From the NCBI RefSeq assembly GCF_037042905.1, contig NC_087245.1:4900001-4964000 (forward strand): DNA of 64,000 nucleotides, read 5' to 3'. Below, one piece after another: positions 1 to 11,883 of this stretch (position 1 is its first letter; each line of letters begins with the position of its first letter). The notes under the pieces are model-generated. The model was not told where the DNA came from, did not search any database, and was given only the letters and a program-made list of their open reading frames with translations. Source of the DNA: Lytechinus pictus. Its lineage: Eukaryota. The position numbers were made by a program, and so were the translations under genes.

Positions 1-335
1 AATAACTGATGTAAACATGAATCACCAAGCAGGATTTACCAATTTTCTTGCTAGAATTTTTAATGGCCCATAATGTTATGATATTGTTGCATTATGCATG
101 GGTGCCGCCATATTTCCTTTGTTTATTCGTAACTCATAATAATCCACTGAACTTAGTTGCAAACAAAACAAAAATGCAACGATACATAATGTTATGGACA
201 TAGGGTTATCTGGATGTACATGCCGGGTGTACACTGTACATGTATGTTGTAGTTACCCAATTCTCGCTACCCCAAATAGGAACAAAAATCTCATAATGCG
301 CGAGACGAGATAATTATTGGTTCACTGTTTTGCAG

Positions 336-445
336 GAAATTGTACTTTGATAGCAGCATGGATAGGGCACCAGAGGACCAACTGGTTCGACTCAGGCCTA
401 TTAAACTTTACACATCATCTAGCAAAAGAAAAACTGATCCTGTGA
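336..445 (+). CDS. Candidate terminal coding exon of an unidentified gene whose upstream part lies outside the window
   Basis: Acceptor ttcactgttttgcag| at 335, then a phase-1 frame (x)NCTLIAAWIGHQRTNWFDSGLLNFTHHLAKEKLIL* ending TGA 443-445, followed by AT-rich UTR-like sequence. No homology recognised. Confidence 0.35.
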
Positions 446-2030
446 ATCAAAGATCTGAAATAATATTCTTACATGATCTCATTACATGTATCTCATGTTT
501 TTAATATGTAGATTGAAATATACATACTATGTGCATTTTTAGGTAGGGCCTACTGGTAGACTAGGCATTTTCAGGCATTGTTCTCATCTACTTGTACAAT
601 ATGTGCATAGTACGGTTTAAATGAATAAACCACTTCCCCCATTTACACTACTTGTCATTTAAAAAAAAAAAGGAAGACTTATTTCACAAGCCTATCATGT
701 ACTAGTAATATGGACTCTGTCTGCCCTTGTACCTGTATATTGGAATGGTAGGCAGTATAGAAACCTTAATAATACCCAAGTCTGTAAATCAATGGTAGCC
801 CCAGTAACAGTATTGATTTTATGATCCCTTGCAAGTTCTTTGACACAATCAGGTACATTGGATGTTTAGAATGGGGGGGGGGGGGGGGAGAAAATATGGA
901 CTTTAACCTAATCTAAAATAAAGGCAGAGGGCAATGTGGGAGAGGTGGCCACTTTAGCATGCAAAAAAAAAAAATGATTAGTGAAATGTTTTTTACAAAT
1001 CTTGTTATTTTTTTCATCACAATTGTCTACGGCCTTCTGTCAAATGTATGCATTCATATTATTTGAAGTACTTCAGTTATTGCTCCATATATATGTATTT
1101 CCCTGTACTTTTCTTTCCTAGTAACCAGGGTTGTAATAAAAAAAACGTTTTTTTATCTAAAAAAACAAAACAAAAAATTATTATTTTAAAACGTTTTAAA
1201 TCATTTTTTCCACGAATTATGCAATTTTATTTAAATTGGTTAAACTATACAGTCTGATTCAAGTTCTTAATGCTATACATTTTTGGAGTAAGTACATGTA
1301 AGAGATGACTATAATTTTTGTTACTGAATTTCCAACAGAAAAGTTCATATTTCCCCCAAAATTACTAAATCATGGAAATTGAATGCCTAAGAAAAAGAAC
1401 ATTAAAGTTGACATTTTATAAGTTTATTCCACATACATATACATGTAGTCCCAGGGTATTTAGAGTATTGTTAAACTAGGGAAGGGGGCAAGAAAAATTT
1501 GCACAATGGAAGAGAATGACATAATCTATGGGGTTTCAGAGCTTAAACTCAATATGATTTATTTCATTTGAATCAATTGTGCCAGATTTCTTAAGTAGTT
1601 TGTTTACTTCTTTAAAAATTGTTTTTGAATAGAAATTATTGGCAATAATTTTCCAATCATTAACAAAAGGAACAAATAATGATAATACAAATTTTGGCGA
1701 GAATTCACAATTGGCTTTATACATGAAATGAATCACGTTTGTGCACAATTCGGGGTCTGACATGCACTTGTTGTATAATATCATAACAGCATACCGATGC
1801 ATGCATCCCAAAAATAGTCTTGAACAATATGGCGTGGCCCTGTCGTGTTTATAGATTTATCATAGAAATTGTTGAGGGGCCATTAAGGTCCCCTAGGATT
1901 GTTAGGGTTAAGGTTTGCTAGCTGATTAATTTATACTGTTTAACATACTTTTTTTCTTCATCTTTACAAAATGCAAATTTCACCTAATTTTGTGTGTACC
2001 TCAAGAGCAGGATGTCAGTTTTACAGTCTA

Positions 2031-2400
2031 TTTATTTGTAATTTATATTATTATGGTTGTGCAACACTTCCATGTCATTCAAGTACTACTATTACATGTA
2101 CATGCATTTGAGCATATTTTAAATAGTGTTTTTTTCCCTTTCCAAAAAGTGAGCACAACACTCAGATATACATTTGTTAAAATGAGAATATTCTTTAATA
2201 ATAAATAATATGGATTTATTTGTAATTTATATTATTATGGTTGTGCAACACTTCCATGTCATTCAAGTACTACTATTACATGTACATGCATTTGAGCATA
2301 TTTTAAATAGTGTTTTTTTCCCTTTCCAAAAAGTGAGCACAACACTCAGATATACATTTGTTAAAATGAGAATATTCTTTAATAATAAATAATATGGATT
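2031..2400. repeat. Near-perfect tandem duplication, unit about 184 bp
   Basis: tttatttgtaatttatattattatggttgtgc...aataaataatatgga occurs twice in direct succession; the matching spurious ORFs end at 2208 and 2392. Confidence 0.95.
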
Positions 2401-3645
2401 GATGTGCACAATTGAACAGAGAGGAAAGAAACATGACAAAGTGATGGAGAAAGGGAGAATAAAGAAGGAAAGAGAAAGAGGAGAAAGAGTGTTGAGAAAT
2501 AGTTTTAATTAGTAGAAGAAAACAAATAACACCACTTCAGAAATAAAAGTATTCAAAAAGATAATTTATCTAAAATCACATAAATGCAAATTTACAACAC
2601 CCAAGCCATATGACACATGTCCTCATTTCTCTAGTTTTAGATTAGTATAATATTCTTTGTTTACAAAGGCCTGTACAAAACTATGATTTTCTATCTTCTT
2701 CTATCGAGACTGGCCCAGAGAAAAATTTTGCCAAATGAGGATTGAAGCCTCATTAATATTTATATAAACTATTCACATGCATAGCATTTGCTCAAGGGCT
2801 GTGTCAACAAATAATAGGCAGCCTATTCTCGGCAAGTCTTGTTTGAAAACATGATAAAATCTCAAGTTTAACCTCATGGAATTGAATATTTTTTCACATA
2901 CATGTACATCAAGTTCATGAAAATGTTAATGTGGGAAGTTTCAGCACATGAAATGCTGTCAAAGCAACGCAATTTATTAAAAGACACAGGATTTTGATTT
3001 TCATTGGCCACGTTTTCGATCGCAGGCCCCTTTTAAAGTCTGTTGCAAATTCAAAATAGGGTTGTAATGAGATGCAAATTGGGGTCTCATGCTGCACCTG
3101 TAAATACATATCAAAAGATGTAAATTCATTGTAAATCTGATTTTTCACTGCCTTTCATATTCGAATGACTAAGTTACAAGATCCTATCAAAGAGACATAA
3201 AATGGCATAAAAAAGTGTATGAATGCCTTAGTAAAAAAAAAACATATTCTGTACTTTTTCAATAATAGTAACATTTTCTGATTGTCTGTAAATTATATTT
3301 TTTTGTATTCTGTCAGATCTTTATAACATATCACTTCATGGTTTTAGAACTTCTTTGAAATGAGCTTGAAAATATTTTATATTGAAAACACCCTTGAAAT
3401 GTGTCAGTGAGTCATAAAAATACATCTATATTTTAGTTTGTACAGTAACTCAAAACTACAGTATGTACTATATTTTCGACATTATAAAAGAGCATAAGGT
3501 CCTTTAATCATAAATATGTACTGCATGTTCATTGACCCTACGTTGTAAATGATATTTGACCTTGATAATGTGACCTACATGTAAGACTTGTGCAAGATGA
3601 TCAATGATACTTGATTACCCCAATGGCCACATTTCATGAACTACA

Positions 3646-4729
3646 CAGTCAGACCGCAGGTCCCTATGCTAATGAGCAAAAAGGCCAGATTCATCCAAAT
3701 CATCTCGTGGCTGAATCCTCCTCCTTGCAAAATCTCGTGATTCGTGAGATTTTCTTTCTCTAAGAATTTACCTGTTTTAACCTCAAGTTAAATGAAATAT
3801 TATTGCACCATCAGATATAGTAAAAGTTACTCTTTCATATTGGTCATTTATTTTGTATACAATATTTTGTTAAATAAGTGAATTTCTGGCCTGAAAATGT
3901 GCCTCAAAACTGAATTTTCTTCCTCTGTTTTCTTTTGCAAATTGTGCAAAACTTTTTATTTTGAGCCTCAATGATATCTATATCACCATAAAGCTGAACT
4001 TCTGTACTTTCTCACAATGCCACTCTTGATATGCGGCACCTTTTAATCGGGTCAAGATCACACTTTTCCCACCAAGGTACAAGACGAGATTTCTGAAATT
4101 TTGTACTTGCATGAAATCCAGAGTTCTGATTGGCTGAATAAGGTTCACAGAACAACAGGCGCGGGGTATTTGAGGAGATTACCACATGGGAAGTGTGGCC
4201 TTCCCACGAACCCAGGCACTGGAACCGTTGGAATTTGCCATTGTGTGGTCTTTTTGACCAATCAGAGTGCAGTATTCTTGTTTTCAAGCTGCTTTATGTA
4301 CTTGGCAAATGAAAAGTGTGATCTTGACCCGATTAAACCAATTCTTATTTTGAAACCTATATCATTTCAAAGCATACATATCCAGCTTTATCATGATATA
4401 AAAATCATTTGGGCTCAAACAAAAATCAAGTGTGAAAATAGCAGCTTTTGTCAGGTGAAAATATTTATTTTGTAGCATATTTTAGATCAAAATTTTAACC
4501 TATATTACAAAATCTTTGAATAACTCCAAACACATGACCTGAAAGAATGATTCTTCTTCTTTACAATGGTACCAAATTCATGAAATTCGATGCACAATTA
4601 GAGCAGCAATGACCAAATGAAAAGAGGTGTTTTGGTCCGCATCAAGCTCATTAAATATGCAAAACATCTCAAGTCATGAATATCACTTGGATGAAAGAAG
4701 CCACTTTCTTGGGACCTGCCGTCTGACTG
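3646..4729. mobile_element. Non-autonomous Tc1/mariner-like TIR element inserted into an older ttgacct-type repeat
   Basis: TIR cagtcagaccgcaggtccc / gggacctgccgtctgactg (1 mismatch), TA on the right flank; internal inverted repeat about 4041-4068 / 4311-4337; flanks match the core repeat of the 6.3-7.2 kb element. Confidence 0.8.
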
Positions 4730-5324
4730 TACATGTACTGCATATCCATGAAAGTTATGATGGCAATTCAACAAATACCCCCAAAATTAAAAGTCATATG
4801 TACCCCTCCCTCCACCTCCATTTCCCCGGCTCCCCCCTCTCTCTCTCTCTCTGTCTCACTACCTGGATTGTAGCCTATTCAAAACTTAACTGACAAGTGA
4901 CCGGTGGCTGATGATAATTTGTTTTCATTGAATGATTACCAAGAAATTATGATGATTTATGAAATAATTTATTGAAGAAATGAATGTTTGATTGATCACA
5001 TTGTAGGCTACATTGAATGAGTTGATTTATTGATAAATTGTTGATGAAAATGAAGTCAATATTCTGCTCTGGACTTCACGCGTAGCAATCAGTCTCTCAA
5101 CAGGAGGGGAGGGTGGGAGAGAGGGAGGGGGGGGGGCTAAAGTTGACCCTTATTCCATCAACCTACTTCTCCAACCTAAGTCCTATCTCACCCCCTATTC
5201 TCCTGACTCCCATGAAAACATTGCCGAGATCCACATGATAAAGTTGAAATGCTGCCCCAAAAGATGTAATTTGTGTTCACTCATGCATTAAAGTTTAATT
5301 TAATAATTCATGAAATTTGCTTAA

Positions 5325-5910
5325 AGGAGAATGAAACCCTTGAAACCAGCTGAATCCATATCAAAGAGAAAAATCAAAGAAACATATTGTTGAAAGTTTG
5401 AGGAAGATTGAATGAATAATAAGAAAGTTATGAGCATTTGAATATTGAGATCACTAATGCCATGTAGATCTTCCCATTGGCAATGCGACCAAGATCTGTG
5501 ATGTCACACACGTACAACTCCCTCATTACTTTAGTACTTATTTCACTTATATTCTCACTTTTATAGAGTCTATCACAAGGTGAGGTGTTCTCTTTATATG
5601 AGAGGACAAGTACAGAGGTTTCACAACATTATATCATTGATGAATCGTTTGTCATATGATTAGAATGAGCAAAAAGAGATGTTTTGGGGTATATTTTCAG
5701 TGTCCAAAAGGGGAGAGTTGTTCATCTGTGACATCATAGATCTTGGTCGCATTGCCAATGGGAGGATCTCCATAGCATTAGTGATCTCGACATTCAAATG
5801 CTCATAACTCTTCTATTGCTAGTCCTATTTTACTCAAACTTTTGTTGATCTTATTCTTTGATTTTTCTGCTTTCACAAAAGCTAACTTGCTCCAAGAGTT
5901 TCATTCTCCT
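5325..5910. mobile_element. Kolobok-type MITE (TTAA TSD, AG...CT ends)
   Basis: ttaa|aggagaatgaaac...gtttcattctcct|ttaa, with long imperfect internal inverted arms. Confidence 0.85.
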
Positions 5911-6307
5911 TTAAACAACCAAAACTGGTCATGGTTGATCATTTATTTATCACAACACCCTTAACTTTGCAAGTTCCAAAGGATTTGCCTCTCAAAAACT
6001 GACAGAAATTGGAAGGCTAATTCCGGCCCAGCCTAGTTTTCATACCTTTGTTTCAGTGGGCAGTGCTTGCTCAAGCATGAATAGTTTTCCAACTTTTTGG
6101 TGTCATTTGAAAGTAGACTTTATTGGCTTCCATATATGTAAGTGTTTTCCCCATAAAGTGATATATTTTTTATTTGGCAGCCATTTCAAAAGTGTACAGT
6201 TTTTTGGGGGGACGCACTGTAGTCTCACTCTGCTATGCAGGTGAGACAAAAAACGGTTGTCTCTGAAACTCGTTAGATCTTAGGCATAATTGGTAGCTGC
6301 TATGGGA

Positions 6308-7203
6308 AACAAGTGGAATGCCTCTGGCCGTCTCACCTGCATCACGCGATTCAATATAGCAGCAGTGCTGATTTTGAAAACTACTATAACTCGCACAAGA
6401 TGTTCAGTGATACTTGGTTACTCGTATTTCCACGTTTTATGAATTAGACCAATACACTTATAGAGATATGATGGCAATTCAACAAATACCCCCAACGTGG
6501 CCAAAGTTCTTTGACCTTACATGACCTTTGACCTTGATCATGTGACCTGAAACTCGCACATGATGTTCAGTGATACTTGATTACTCTTATGTCCAAGTTT
6601 TATGAACTAGACCAACACACTTTCAAATTTATGGCTGTAATTCAACAAATACCCCAAGTTGGCCAAAGTTCATTGACCCTAAATGACCTTTGACCTTGAT
6701 CATGTGACCTGAAACTTGCACAGGTTGTTCAGTAATACTTGATTACTATTATATCCAAGTTTCATGAATCAGATCCATAAACTTTCAAAGTTATGATGGT
6801 AATTCAACAGATACCCCCAATTCGGCCAAAGTTCATTGAACTCTCTATGAACTAGGTCCATATATTTTCTAATTTATGATGACATTTCAAAAACTTAACC
6901 TTAGGTTAAGATTTTGATGTTGATTCCCCCAACATGGTCTAAGTTCATTGACCCTAAATGACCTTTGACCTTGGTCATGTGACATGAAACTCAGGCAGGA
7001 TGTTCAGTAATACTTGATTAACCTTATGGCCAAGTTTCATGAACTAGGTCCATATACTTTCTAAGTTATGCTGTCATTTCAAAAACTTAACCTCAGGTTA
7101 AGATTTGGTGTTGACGCCGCCGTCGCCGCCGCCGCCGCCATCGCCGTCGCCGTCGGAAAAGCGGCGCCTATAGTCTCACTCTGCTATGCAGGTGAGACAA
7201 AAA
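6308..7203 (+). mobile_element. Helentron-associated (HINE/DINE-1-like) non-autonomous element
   Basis: Starts aacaag; subterminal IR gtctcacctgcat (6330-6342) / atgcaggtgagac (7186-7198); tandem core repeats with ttgacct motifs; (gcc)n microsatellite; terminal hairpin and A-run. An isolated identical end lies at about 6220-6252. Confidence 0.7.
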
Positions 7204-9159
7204 CATGCACGCGTCTTGCTAGATTAGACTCGTGCTACATGTAGCTATTTTTCAGGTTCGGGGAGCTTCGGTGACCCAGTGCTATGGCTCTGTGCTGTTC
7301 GAGCTCGCCGCTCCGACCGGCTGAGTAGTTCATAATTGGTGTGCATTGAAACAAGAAATCACATGAGGGTCTCCAGAATGGGGAAATATAGTGATTTCTA
7401 AGGCTTTCTGAATTGGTGATGCTCTGGAACGGAACTTTAGGCTGAAAATTAGGTCTCACTCAAGGGTTCATTACATGCCGCCGTGCACAGGAAAATCAAG
7501 GCACGACACATGCGATCTCTCTCTCTCCCTGAGCTGATCCTTCCACTTCTTTGGAGATTCCTGGAGTCCAAATGAAACACTTCCATTGGATTGCACGAAA
7601 CTAGATATTTTGACGAAATCTAAAATCTAATAAAATTGTTCAATTTCACTAATACCGATCGATATAAAGTCCCTTTGGTGACTTTTGGCATTCTGTTCCA
7701 AATAAACGATATCTTTTCTTGATCTTGACTTGACGTCACTGTCTGTAAAACCACGGCAACATCAATTTTTTGCCTAAAGAGGGCACGCGATTTATAACAT
7801 ATCAAAGACACTACAAGGGAAAGACTAGGCACTTAAACTATTTTTACACGTAAAGACAAAAAGAATTACTCGAAGTCCGTAAAGTGTCCAATCTTCTCAT
7901 TGTATAGCCTTTGGTGGTATGTTTATTGACAAACGAACGAAGCTTGTACTGCTGGTTTCGTTCAAGGTACGTAGATTTTTTCTTTTTTATTTTCAAATAA
8001 GTCTAACAGTTAACAGTCATGGTTTTGAATTATTTGCAAAAAAGTGTTGTTATCGCCAATAATAATCTTAAATTACGTTTTTGAAGGTATTTCCTTTATT
8101 GGTGCCCATATTTATTCAAATAATCATAAGAATTGCGCATTCAAAGAGGTTTAGACACAGTTATAAAACTACCAAGGAGCTGAATTAAGGTTGTGAAATT
8201 CATTAGCGCTACCATTAGGCTACCTTTTATTCCCGTAAAAGAGACATGCGAAAACACTTTCAAGGCTGAGGTAAGCGAATTTGCTCTTTTTTATATGATT
8301 TTGATTTATAAATTTTGAACAAAAATTACGATGTTATGGCTACTCATCGGAAAGAGCCCCAGTGAGTAGCGAGAAGGAGTGTCAGCAAATGTTACTTCTG
8401 TAATGAAGCGATGTTTGTAGACTACAAAGAAATCCAGGGCCAAACGCGGTTCGGTGTGTGAGGTTAGTATAGCATACTATTCTCGCACCTACATGTAGTG
8501 TGAGTGCAGTGGCACATATGTATCATACATTTATACCAAGTACCCCCCCCCCCCCCAGGCTCCGATATTCAGGCAAGACAAGAAGTTTAAATGCTAATAA
8601 AAAATATGTAGTACCACATGTATACTTTCATGACAGTAATTGATAATTGCTCAATTCATTAATTTGTGATATCTTGTCAGTTTCTATTTTAAAATACTTA
8701 TTTGTCTTACATGTATGTCTGATCAAAACTATTTTTTTTGAAAATATTGCATCCATTTACATATTGAAAATGAAGATTGGCAAAATATGACAGAAAATAA
8801 AGTACGAAATCATGAATATCAATTACACACGTACATGTAACTAATTTTATGAATTTACAATTCAATAACACATCCTGAAAAGATTTATGATTTCTTAAAA
8901 GATTAAGATTTTACTTTTTAGAATCAATTAGGTGTAATACATGTACATACAATGTAAAATACAAGGTGAATAAAACAACCGTAGATAGAAAAGTTGATCA
9001 AATTTTCGCCCATAGGGCTTCATCAGGAAATGATGAATTTATTAGTCAACATCACCAAGAAACGCAGTGCGCAAAACGCAAAGCGTAAAAAACAACGCGC
9101 TAAGAGGTAAGACGCGAAGCGCACCAGTACAAAAGAAAAGAGAGAGAAAAAGAGAGAAA

Positions 9160-10390
9160 ACTAGAATTTTAATTCGTCTTGAGGACGAATTAGGTGATCT
9201 GTCTGTCATTCTCATGATCACGATCTAATATTTGATCATTATAACCATGGCAATGCAGATCAATATAATCATCATCATTAAAAACAGACTTTTATTAACA
9301 AAAGAACATATTAAATACAGCAGCTGAAAGACAAAATATTACGTTGTGTAAACAATCTTGTTGTATTAGAGAGTGCCAAATGCACTTTCGCAAGTGACTA
9401 CACGAAATAGTTAAAATAATGTTGCCGAAATCCATGAATGTAGAATCAAATTTTGAGAAAAATCAGTATTTAATAGACGTTACACACAAATACATGAGCA
9501 AAAAAAAAAACATTGTCAAGTGAGTTTCGAACCAAGGACCTTTGCATTGCAAGGCAGGTGTGCTATCCATTAGACTACACAGCGTCCCGTACTCTTATAG
9601 TTCAAAGAAGGAATATTATCTTAAATTGACTTATGACAGTAAAAATTGGTATTGTGATATGCCTCTATGAATTCTCAGTTTTGAGGATGAATAATTAATA
9701 TAAGTGAAAATGTTATGCAATATTTATTAAGAGTATAAGTCCAGATACAATATGTCGAAATCTGGGCGAAAAATGATCAAGAATTACGGAGTTATAGTCA
9801 TATTTGCAAAATTATTAAAACGTCATAAAACAAAAATGGAAAATTTTAGTTCCGACGCCATTTTGATGACGTCATGATAAAATTTAGGGTCAAATGTGAC
9901 ATAAAATCACATCTATAATTCATACTCTATCCGAATATAAAAGAAAATGTAGGGGCCAACGGACTGTCTGAAGAGTTATATGGAATTTTGTAAAGGCATG
10001 TTTTTGCACATATTTGGTCTATTCTGAACGCGCGCGTGCGCGCGTGATTCAAACTTTGATGGAAGCTAATTCCTTTACTACTGGTCGTAGAAGGTTGATC
10101 AAGGTATCAAATTATTAGAAATTTAATAACAAATGCATTAACGTAAAAGAAAGTGAGATTCTACATTGCGTAAAGACGCTACGCGCGTGAACGCGCGCGA
10201 AAACGTGTGAGCGCGCAAATTCTTGAAATGCTTCAAATGACCTGATTCGTGCTCTACTTTGATCAAAAAGTGATTTTGAGCATTTTAAAATTTTGACACG
10301 CGCGTACATGCGCGTCGTGACGTGTTCATGACCTTTGATGACAATGACAGTGACAGTTTGATGACATACAATGTACATGTACATGTTGGT
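9160..10390. mobile_element. Probable second HINE-like interspersed repeat carrying a degenerate tRNA-like segment
   Basis: Begins actagaattttaattcgtc..gacgaatta hairpin after an A-run; CGCGCG-rich body; minus-strand tRNA-like segment about 9521-9588 (GTAGTCTAATGG...GGTTCGAAAC). Right end uncertain. Confidence 0.4.
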
Positions 10391-11459
10391 CTGTTTTGAG
10401 AAGGCATTTTAAAATTTAGATCTTCAGAGACATGTGTGTACTAATTAGCAATTAATCAATTAAGCATTATCTACAAAATTAGGAACATTTTTGCATTATG
10501 GTATTATTTGTTAGAAAATCATAACAGATAAAATTCATTTTTTGACATGTTCCACCCTGAAATCAAAATTGAATAACCTTGTCATTGTGACATGTGAGAA
10601 TATGTACTAAAATTATTGACAAGTCGAGTCTATAGATCTAATTACTTTGGCTGAAATAAAACAACTAAGTACTTACTATCAGAAGGCAAATGCAACTTGA
10701 TTGTCCACTCTCAGAACGAGACATCTAGAAAAATAAGAAAATGTAATTTTACAATAATTATAAACTCCAATTATAAGGGTGTAGAATGTAGATGTGACTA
10801 CATCAGACTACATAAGGCCTACATGTACAGTTTATCAAACAGATCAAGCCCTCTAATAAATTACATATTTTAGTGGATCGTATGAATTACTTTAACACTG
10901 TTCATAAATTCAATCCTATAAAACGTAATATTTTCTTAAAATTCATAAACTTTAAAATGAATACACAAATACCTACAAGGCTCAACATTAGCGGTGACCC
11001 TGGGCCACCAGAAATTTAACTCAGGCAATCATTATTGAAAAATACTAAGTTTTGGTGGCCCGAATGGGGCAACCAATTATTTTTAAAGTAGCACAATTTA
11101 AATTTTGATTGTAAATAATTATCATTATAATAATAAATATTTAAGATCAAATTTCAATTTTATTATTTATTAAATAACAATTTTTATCTACAAAATGTTC
11201 TTCAAAACGGCACTTCGTAACATTGTTCATCGAAGCTACGTCATAACAAAGCGGTTCAAGGGTCAAGACTATTGTACTTGCAGTATTAACAAATGGATAC
11301 ATAAGATTGGTCTGGTAAGAAACCTCTCATTTTTCTGATTTTTTTTGCGAAATGGTCATACCTTTATATGCATTAAGTCACATGTATGTAATAAGATACC
11401 GGTACGCAATTTAATAAAATTTTGGTTTAAAATGCGATCGGCAGTTGCAATGTTAAATA

Positions 11460-11883
11460 TGAAGGGAATTACCGGCGCTAATGCAGTTTCGCACCAGTTG
11501 TTTACCAGTATATACCCCATTACCACTAATGGTTTGCAAATGTTTAAAGGTCATCAAATCACATTTTAAGGTCATTACGCCCACCACTTTTCATTATTTT
11601 AATGAAAAATTGAATTTAGTCACTTTTTGTTCACAAAATATTGAATTTCAGGTTGAAATCATTACCTGCACGTTCTCCTTCCATGCACAAATTCTGTCTT
11701 ACACCGTGAGCTGAAATTATTGAGCAAATTTCTCTCTTTTTTGTATGGTAGCCACGATGGAAACTTAGAAATGTTCCTATTTGATGACCTGTAATTTACA
11801 TTTGCAAGCAGTTACTGGTGATGGGGTACATGTATGCTGGTAAACAACCGGTGCGAAACTGCATTAGTGCCGAATTCCCTTCT
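11460..11883. mobile_element. Inverted-repeat (MITE-like) remnant
   Basis: gaagggaatt...gcaaatgt (11461-11543) is the imperfect reverse complement of acatttgc...attcccttc (11798-11882). Confidence 0.7.

Noticed and set aside
7235..8470. Possible promoter or first exons (TGACGTCA near 7731, donor-like gag|gtaagc near 8270)
   Set aside because: No coherent reading frame or linked downstream exon could be built.
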